From a virus (lineage: Duplodnaviria > Caudoviricetes): a stretch of DNA of 43,566 nt. A program made the position numbers and the translations under genes. Shown piece by piece: positions 38,301 through 43,566 of the stretch. Where the stretch lies: the IMG/VR virus record IMGVR_UViG_3300024309_000002, positions 1-43,566 of that record; one strand, given 5' to 3'. Position 1 is the first letter of the stretch. Every line of letters begins with the position of its first letter. The notes under the pieces were generated by a model. The model ran no database searches. It was not told the DNA's origin and saw only the letters and a list, made by a program, of their open reading frames with translations.

Positions 38301-40220
38301 ATGACCGTTTCCAATACCAATCGTCGCGCGGGGCCGTTTCCGGGTGCTGACTCGCCTGGGCCTTTCGGTTTCGACTTTTACACCCCCGCCCCCGAGGATG
38401 TCGTCGCAATCCGGGCAGACCCCCTCGGCGCGGAAACGGCGCTCATCTACGGCGCGGATTTCTCGGTCACGTTGAACGACGACCAGAGCGAGAACCCCGG
38501 CGGGGATTTGCTGCTCACGAACGCGCTGCCCTCCGGCTACACGCTCACGCTCACGAGCGCCTCGCCCGCATTGCAACCGACCGACATCACGAACTTGAGC
38601 GGCTTCTACCAGAAGCTGATTACGCTGGCGCTCGACCGGCTCACCGTGCTCGTGCAGCAGACGGATGAGAAAGTCGGGCGTGCGGTGAAGGTGCCGATTT
38701 CCAGCACGATCACGCCGGACGATCTCATCAACCAGCTTACCAACGCGGCATCCGACGCCGTGAATGCAGCATTGAACGCGGCCACGTCCGAAGGCAATGC
38801 CCATGACTCGGAAGTCGCGGCAGCTACCAGCGAGAGCAACGCCCACGATTCCGAACTGGCCGCTGCGCTGTCGGAAAGCCGCGCCGCAGCAAGTGAAGGT
38901 GCTGCCGCTGGATCGGCCAGCGCAGCCCTGGTCAGCGAAGGTCACGCCCACGACTCCGAACTGGCCGCTGCACTGTCCGCATCGAACGCGGCCACGTCCG
39001 AAGGCAATGCCCACGATTCCAAGGTGGCAGCGGCCACGTCCGAAGGCAACGCCGCCGATTCGGCCAGCGCAGCCGCTGCGAGTCAGAACGCCGCTGCGCT
39101 GTCCGAAACCCACGCCGCTGCAAGCGAAGTGGCCGCCAAGACATACCTCGAAACCCTGGTGCAACCTTTCGCGTTCACGAAAGCGGACTACAACACGCCC
39201 TGCCTGAAAAAGACCGGGGCGCAAACCGTCAGCATCAAAGCCGGTACGGTCGTTGTTGTGTCCAACGTAGCGCGGGCCTTCCCTGCCGATACCGCTGTCA
39301 CGATGCCCGGTACGCTCACCGCAGGCGAGGATTACAGCGTGTGGGTCAAGCCCGACAATACCGCTGTGGCCGTTGTCGATTCGTTCCTGGCCCCGGCCAG
39401 CGCGCCCGCCGTGGGCGCGGTACGCATCGGCGGCTTCCACTACGGTCTGGTCACGGCGGGCGAGACAGTGGCCGGGGGCAGTTTCGCCACCAGTGGGGTG
39501 ACAGCAGGCGGCGGGTCGATGGCCTGGACGCAAACCGATGTAGACCGCATCGCGGGTATCAACGAGTTTTCCCTGTGGGACTTGGCTTTCCGCTGCGCGG
39601 GTGAACAGTATGGCATGGCCTATGACCCCTGGGCCGACGTGTGGGTCGCTATCTACTTCTGCAACACCGCCCCCCATGTCAATGGCGTCAGCCGCTACAA
39701 CACGGACGTTTGCAGCGGCACCGTTCTGCCCTTCGTCGCGCCGTCTTTCGGCGGCGACGGGGTGCTGAAATACAGCGCCTTCCGATCCTGGGAGGCGAAC
39801 GAAATTTGCCTAGATCATGGCCTGCGCCTGATCCGGTACGAAGAATTCGTATCCGCCGCGTTCGGCGTCACCGAGGGCCAGAGCCTGGGCGGCGCGTCCG
39901 CAACGATTCCGGCCACCATGCGCCAGCCGGGCTACACGTCGCGCATCGGCCTGGAACAGACCACCGGCCATGTCTACACCATCGGCGGCCCGATGATCGG
40001 GCAAGGCGGATCGGCCTGGGCAGGAAACGGTCGGGGATCGAACTATGGCGGTGGGTGCGTCCAGTTGTTCGGCGGCGCCCGTACGGGCGCGTCCGGTTCG
40101 GGGTCGCGTTGCGTCGACTTCGGCAGCGGCCTCGGGTCCTCGAACTGGAGCGTTTCGCTGCGCGCCGCCGGTGACCCGCAAAAAACAATCGGCCCGGCCC
40201 TTTATCAAGAGGCCGCGTAA
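38301..40220 (+). CDS. Tail fibre/receptor-binding protein with C-terminal Mtd-like (C-type lectin fold) domain; DGR target, 639 aa
   Basis: N-terminal podovirus fibre anchor (ALDRLT...QQ), Ala/Ser repeat shaft, GGFHY...INEFSLWD..FR motifs resembling BPP-1 Mtd, and a VR near the 3' end. Confidence 0.88.
   Translation: MTVSNTNRRAGPFPGADSPGPFGFDFYTPAPEDVVAIRADPLGAETALIYGADFSVTLNDDQSENPGGDLLLTNALPSGYTLTLTSASPALQPTDITNLSGFYQKLITLALDRLTVLVQQTDEKVGRAVKVPISSTITPDDLINQLTNAASDAVNAALNAATSEGNAHDSEVAAATSESNAHDSELAAALSESRAAASEGAAAGSASAALVSEGHAHDSELAAALSASNAATSEGNAHDSKVAAATSEGNAADSASAAAASQNAAALSETHAAASEVAAKTYLETLVQPFAFTKADYNTPCLKKTGAQTVSIKAGTVVVVSNVARAFPADTAVTMPGTLTAGEDYSVWVKPDNTAVAVVDSFLAPASAPAVGAVRIGGFHYGLVTAGETVAGGSFATSGVTAGGGSMAWTQTDVDRIAGINEFSLWDLAFRCAGEQYGMAYDPWADVWVAIYFCNTAPHVNGVSRYNTDVCSGTVLPFVAPSFGGDGVLKYSAFRSWEANEICLDHGLRLIRYEEFVSAAFGVTEGQSLGGASATIPATMRQPGYTSRIGLEQTTGHVYTIGGPMIGQGGSAWAGNGRGSNYGGGCVQLFGGARTGASGSGSRCVDFGSGLGSSNWSVSLRAAGDPQKTIGPALYQEAA
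38776..39130 (+). repeat. Imperfect coding repeats (AATSEGNAHDSE-like) in the fibre shaft
   Basis: Recurring GCGGCCACGTCCGAAGGCAA and GCCCA(C/T)GA(C/T)TC units. Confidence 0.75.
40068..40173 (+). repeat. DGR variable repeat (VR) ending in a G/C element
   Basis: 106-bp gapless match to 40316-40421; all 18 mismatches lie opposite TR adenines. Confidence 0.95.
40195..40215. promoter_or_regulatory. Candidate DGR target-recognition hairpin downstream of VR
   Basis: CGGCCCTT-TATC-AAG(A)GGCCG, an 8-bp stem with one bulge; the loop reads GATA on the bottom strand. Confidence 0.4.
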
Positions 40221-40315
40221 TGAACATCGCACTGCCGCGCCAAAGCGCCCTGCCTCCGTTGGCAGTGCATCGGTTTTTGCTGCCCTTCTGGACGGCAAAA
40301 AGGGTGGAGCAAGAT

Positions 40316-40421
40316 AACAGCGGCAACCGTACGAACACGTCCAATTCGGGGTCGCGTTGCGTCAACTTCAACAACGGCCTCGGGAACTCGAACTGGAACA
40401 TTTCGCTGCGCGCCGCCGGTG
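40316..40421 (+). ncRNA. DGR template repeat (TR)
   Basis: AAC-rich copy of VR with 24 adenines; diverges from VR right after ...GCCGCCGGTG (IMH versus IMH* position). Confidence 0.95.
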
Positions 40422-40558
40422 GCGATTGTCAACCCGCCGTGATGCAAGCCGCGCATCCCGGCACTTTGGTCAGCTTGCTTCACCTGCTTCGGCAAATACC
40501 TTCCTGGGTGCGGAGAACGGCGAGTAGTGAGAATCGAAAGCCGCGCCGCCTTGTTGTC

Positions 40559-41539
40559 ATGGGCAAGAAATACAAGAACCTTTACGACACCATCACGTCG
40601 ATGGAGAACCTGCGCGCGGCGTACAAAAAGACCTCGCGCGGCAAGCGCAAGACCCGCAGCTACCGGACGTTCACCGGCCACCTGGATAGCCGCCTGCGAT
40701 CTGTGCGGCGCAGTCTGATGACGGGATCGTACCGGCAAGGCAAGCCCCGCCAGTTCACGATTTTTGAGCCGAAAGAACGCCTGATTTCCGCGCTGCCCTT
40801 CCGCGACCGCCTTGTGCAGCATGCGCTTTGCAACGTCATCGAGCCGATTTTCGACGGGGTGTTTCTGCCGCAGTCCTACGCCTGCCGCAAAGGCAAAGGA
40901 ACGCATGCCGCTGCCCGCGACGTGCAGGCGGCGCTTCGCCGGATGCAGGCCCAGGGCCTGCCGGTGTGGGTGCTGAAAACGGACTTCTCCAAGTATTTCG
41001 CCAGCATTCCCCTGGACGTGCTGCACCGCGAGTATCGGCGCAAGATTTCGTGTAAACGCACCCTGGCGCTGCTGGACAAACTGCTGCCCAAATCGGGCCG
41101 GGGCATCCGCATCGGCGAACTTATCAGCCAACTTTCGGCCAACCTGATCGGCCACGTCGTGGACCGCTGGCTCGTCCACACGAAGGGTGTCACGACGTTC
41201 TTTCGCTACATGGACGACATCGTGATCCTGGGTTCCGACCGGGCGGCCCTGGCCCGCCTGCGCGTCGAACTCGAAGCCTTCGCGCTGGCTGAACTCGGCC
41301 TGCACTTTTCGCGCTGGTCACTGCTGCCAGTCTCGCGCGGAGTCAATTTCGTGGGCTACCGCATCTGGCCTTCTCACAAACTGCTGCGCCGGGATTCCGT
41401 CACCCGCGCCAAGCGCAAGGTGCGCCGGTATCGGGCGCACGGCGCGATGGAGCGTTTGCGGATGTTCCTGGCGTCTTGGCTCGGCCACGCCCGGTGGGCC
41501 GACTCGCATCACCTGATCGCATCTATGGGGGTCGCATGA
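40559..41539 (+). CDS. brt: DGR reverse transcriptase, 326 aa from MGKKYKNL; the frame is open back to the ATG at 40220
   Basis: EPKERLI.ALPFRDR, YACR.GKGTH, DFSKYF, IG..ISQ, YMDD and FVGYRI motifs; size and N-terminus resemble BPP-1 bRT; adjacent TR and VR. Confidence 0.95.
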   Translation: MGKKYKNLYDTITSMENLRAAYKKTSRGKRKTRSYRTFTGHLDSRLRSVRRSLMTGSYRQGKPRQFTIFEPKERLISALPFRDRLVQHALCNVIEPIFDGVFLPQSYACRKGKGTHAAARDVQAALRRMQAQGLPVWVLKTDFSKYFASIPLDVLHREYRRKISCKRTLALLDKLLPKSGRGIRIGELISQLSANLIGHVVDRWLVHTKGVTTFFRYMDDIVILGSDRAALARLRVELEAFALAELGLHFSRWSLLPVSRGVNFVGYRIWPSHKLLRRDSVTRAKRKVRRYRAHGAMERLRMFLASWLGHARWADSHHLIASMGVA

Positions 41540-41940
41540 ACGACTGCTACAGCCCGCACACGGGCGAACACATCCCGACCGACAACCCCGCGCCCTGGAT
41601 GGGCCGCGCCGGGGTGGCCTGCCCGGCATACGACCGGGCCACGCAAGCGGCCTTCTGGCGCGGCGGCCCGGCTTGGGTCGTGGAGGACGTGCAGCCCGCC
41701 CCTACGGGCCGCACCGTGCTGTCTGCACGGGAGTTTCTGGACAGGTTCACGAGTGCCGAATACGCCGCCGTGCGGACCAGCGGCAACGTCGATCTGCTGC
41801 GCGCGTATGACAACCTGATCGCCGCCGACTTTGTGGACCTGGGCGACCCGGCAGTCAGCATGGGGCTTGACCTGATGATTTCATTGGGGGTCATCGACGC
41901 CAGCCGCAAGGCCGAACTGCTGCAACCGGAGGGCGCGTAA
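41536..41940 (+). CDS. Hypothetical protein, possibly a tail-fibre assembly chaperone, 134 aa
   Basis: ATGA overlap with the RT stop; F..RFT..E...VDL.D....GL..L...G.I...R..ELL C-terminus seen in fibre-associated phage proteins. Confidence 0.55.
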   Translation: MNDCYSPHTGEHIPTDNPAPWMGRAGVACPAYDRATQAAFWRGGPAWVVEDVQPAPTGRTVLSAREFLDRFTSAEYAAVRTSGNVDLLRAYDNLIAADFVDLGDPAVSMGLDLMISLGVIDASRKAELLQPEGA

Positions 41941-42188
41941 TGTCCAGCCCACACTGCGACACACCAGCCTGCCAGGAAGCAGCCGACCGGGCGGTCCGAA
42001 AGGTATTCGCGATCCTGGGGGTGGATATCGACAGCCCCGCCGAGGTGGAGGCATTCCGGGAGGACCTGCGGTTCGGACGCTGGATGCGCCGTGCTGCGGA
42101 CAAAGGGCTGATGGCTTTCATTGGCGTTGTTGCAGCAGGAATTGCTGCTGCGCTTTGGGCGGGCATCACGAGATTTGGAGGGCATTGA
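41940..42188 (+). CDS. Putative holin, 82 aa
   Basis: Single C-terminal TM segment; immediately upstream of the endolysin. Confidence 0.55.
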   Translation: MSSPHCDTPACQEAADRAVRKVFAILGVDIDSPAEVEAFREDLRFGRWMRRAADKGLMAFIGVVAAGIAAALWAGITRFGGH

Positions 42189-42190
42189 CC

Positions 42191-42862
42191 ATGAAACCGC
42201 GAGGAATTCGTAACAACAATCCTGGCAACATCCGGCATGGTGATCCGTGGCAAGGCTTGGCAGAGCAGCAAAACGACCCTGAATTTTGTACGTTCAAGTC
42301 ACCTGCCTATGGCATCCGAGCCATGGCTCGCTTGCTGATCAACTATCAGGATAAGTACGGACTGCGCACCATTCGGCAGGTTGTTGAGCGCTATGCTCCG
42401 CCGAACGAGAACAATACAGGAGCGTACGTCCAGTTTGTGGCCGGAAAGGCGGGCCGAAGCGCTGATGCCCACCTTGATCTGCATACGTATGACGACCTGC
42501 GGCCGGTGCTTGAAGCAATGATTCGGCAGGAGAACGGCCAGGGCCTTCTGCCCACGGTAAACACTTGGTATGACGCGGCGACTGTCAATAAGGGCCTGTC
42601 CCTGGCCGGTGTCGAGCCCCCGAAGCGTGCGGCCGGCCCCGTCCCTGTCACGCGGGAGACTGTTGGCGCTACAGCCACCGCTGGTGTTGGCATCAGCCAG
42701 TTGGCCGAGGGCGCACCCGCAGTGATGGATGCCGTGACCACTGCCCAGGACAGCCTGACCAGCGGGCAAATAAGCCGGATTGTCGTGGGGCTGGTGCTGG
42801 TGGGTCTGGCGGTCCTCATCGCGTGGTCTCAGGTCAGCAAGCACAAGGCCGGGGTGCTGTGA
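42191..42862 (+). CDS. Endolysin (RGIRNNNPGNI lysozyme-like family) with hydrophobic C-terminal tail
   Basis: RGIRNNNPGNIR...F....YGIRA...YAPP.ENNT.AY...ENG motif; SD GGAGGG; in the lysis cassette. Confidence 0.8.
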   Translation: MKPRGIRNNNPGNIRHGDPWQGLAEQQNDPEFCTFKSPAYGIRAMARLLINYQDKYGLRTIRQVVERYAPPNENNTGAYVQFVAGKAGRSADAHLDLHTYDDLRPVLEAMIRQENGQGLLPTVNTWYDAATVNKGLSLAGVEPPKRAAGPVPVTRETVGATATAGVGISQLAEGAPAVMDAVTTAQDSLTSGQISRIVVGLVLVGLAVLIAWSQVSKHKAGVL

Positions 42863-43107
42863 TGCTGGCGGCGCTGTGGGCCAAGGCTCAGGGCTGGCTG
42901 TTGACACTCGGGGCCGCCCTGCTGGTGCTGGCGGGGGCGTATGCGGCCGGCGGCCGGGCTGCGCGAAAGTCCGCAGAACTGGATCAACGGCGGCGCGATG
43001 CGGCCGCCAGGGAGAAAGCCGATGATGTGGCTCAGGAAATCGATGCGCTGGACGATGCTGCTATCCGTGATCGCGCTCAACGCTGGGTGCGCCACGACGG
43101 GCGGTAG
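42862..43107 (+). CDS. Rz-like inner-membrane spanin
   Basis: N-terminal TM plus short coiled coil, after the endolysin. Confidence 0.65.
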   Translation: MLAALWAKAQGWLLTLGAALLVLAGAYAAGGRAARKSAELDQRRRDAAAREKADDVAQEIDALDDAAIRDRAQRWVRHDGR

Positions 43108-43231
43108 CTACTGCGACATCGCACGGCCAATCTGGTGGGCGAATCTGGCCGACCTGGAAACCACCCCGGTAGACATCACCCGGCAGGTGGTCCGGCACAA
43201 CGATCAGTGGGTGGCCCTGTGCCGGATGTAG
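43022..43231 (+). CDS. Rz1-like outer-membrane lipoprotein spanin (start at 43022 or 43043)
   Basis: Signal peptide with lipobox-like LNAG-C; overlaps the Rz 3' end in another frame. Confidence 0.65.
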   Translation: MMWLRKSMRWTMLLSVIALNAGCATTGGSYCDIARPIWWANLADLETTPVDITRQVVRHNDQWVALCRM

Positions 43232-43254
43232 TATCGTGTAGATACGTTCCGTAG

Positions 43255-43270
43255 CCTGTTCCCGCAACCA
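43255..43270 (+). repeat. attR core CCTGTTCCCGCAACCA
   Basis: Identical to 200-215; followed by the displaced host terminator. Confidence 0.93.
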
Positions 43271-43278
43271 GTTTAGCG

Positions 43279-43317
43279 ATGGGCCGAATTCTTTCGAATT
43301 CGGCCCATTTTGCTTTT
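43279..43317 (+). terminator. Host intrinsic terminator, originally downstream of the tRNA
   Basis: ATGGGCCGAATTC-tttc-GAATTCGGCCCAT followed by TTTGCTTTT. Confidence 0.85.
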
Positions 43318-43417
43318 CCCGCGCGGACGGAGAAACCGAAGGGAAAATCCAGGCAGGGGAAACCCGGACAAAAACCCAGCCCCGACCGCGCCGGCAGCCC
43401 AGGGTCCGAGGCATGAC

Positions 43418-43469
43418 CGACACATGATCGACACATGATCGACACATGATCGACACATGATCGACACAT
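43418..43469. repeat. 11-bp tandem repeat (CGACACATGAT) x4.7 in the host flank
   Basis: Exact units start at 43418, 43429, 43440 and 43451, with a partial unit at 43462. Confidence 0.9.
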
Positions 43470-43566
43470 AAAAGAAAAAGAGGACCGCCGAAGCACCCGC
43501 CCCGGCTTCCAGGTGGACTCCGGGGCGGAATGCTCCGGCGGTCCGGGGCTCTCGACGCAGAGAGTA

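Noticed and set aside
40045-40317. 90-aa ORF ending at the TAA at the TR boundary as avd
   Set aside because: Mostly overlaps VR in another frame with no Avd-like sequence; only its last codons might be an avd remnant
40559-41539. RT as a group II intron or retron enzyme
   Set aside because: Too short for a maturase/endonuclease-bearing intron RT, no retron VTG motif, and it has the DGR-type SQ motif plus an adjacent TR/VR pair
41536-41940. Gene after RT as a relocated avd
   Set aside because: Similar size, but acidic and Pro/Gly-rich at the N-terminus, unlike the basic four-helix Avd; it resembles fibre-associated proteins. An HMM search should confirm this
43255-43270. Second tRNA gene at the right end
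   Set aside because: Only the last 16 nt of the tRNA are present; this is attR
43418-43469. Possible CRISPR array
   Set aside because: Contiguous 11-bp units with no spacers; no cas operon, and the DUF2800 nuclease is an ordinary phage replication gene

Overview
The window holds one apparently complete, about 43.06-kb temperate podovirus prophage with a Bordetella phage BPP-1-like gene set. It is integrated in the 3' end of a host initiator tRNA-Met gene (139-215) and bounded by a 16-bp direct repeat, CCTGTTCCCGCAACCA (200-215 and 43255-43270). The left arm (minus strand) carries a large serine integrase, a DUF3310-like protein, SNF2 helicase, VRR-NUC nuclease, family A DNA polymerase, HNH, a Gp49/Sf6-gp66-family protein, SSB, a DUF2800 nuclease and a cluster of early accessory genes. 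A divergent pair of HTH regulators with five CACC-N4-GGTG operators follows. The right arm (plus strand) carries primase-helicase, a putative origin, terminase, portal, scaffold, capsid, cement, tail, ejection proteins (one a 2635-aa polyvalent protein), a tail fibre fused to an Mtd-like domain, a diversity-generating retroelement (DGR) and a lysis cassette. The most notable observations are: (1) a DGR with adenine-only VR/TR differences but no avd gene, whose TR lies in a continuous reading frame fused to the RT and which keeps a TR-enclosing RNA helix; (2) two +1-frame genes nested in the giant ejection protein, each with a Shine-Dalgarno-like site and a codon-usage signature; (3) a repeated CCGTGGCCTT-N18-YAnnnT element upstream of five late gene blocks; (4) an attP inside the integrase gene, so that integration swaps its C-terminus. 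All family assignments come from motif recognition by eye, not from database searches.
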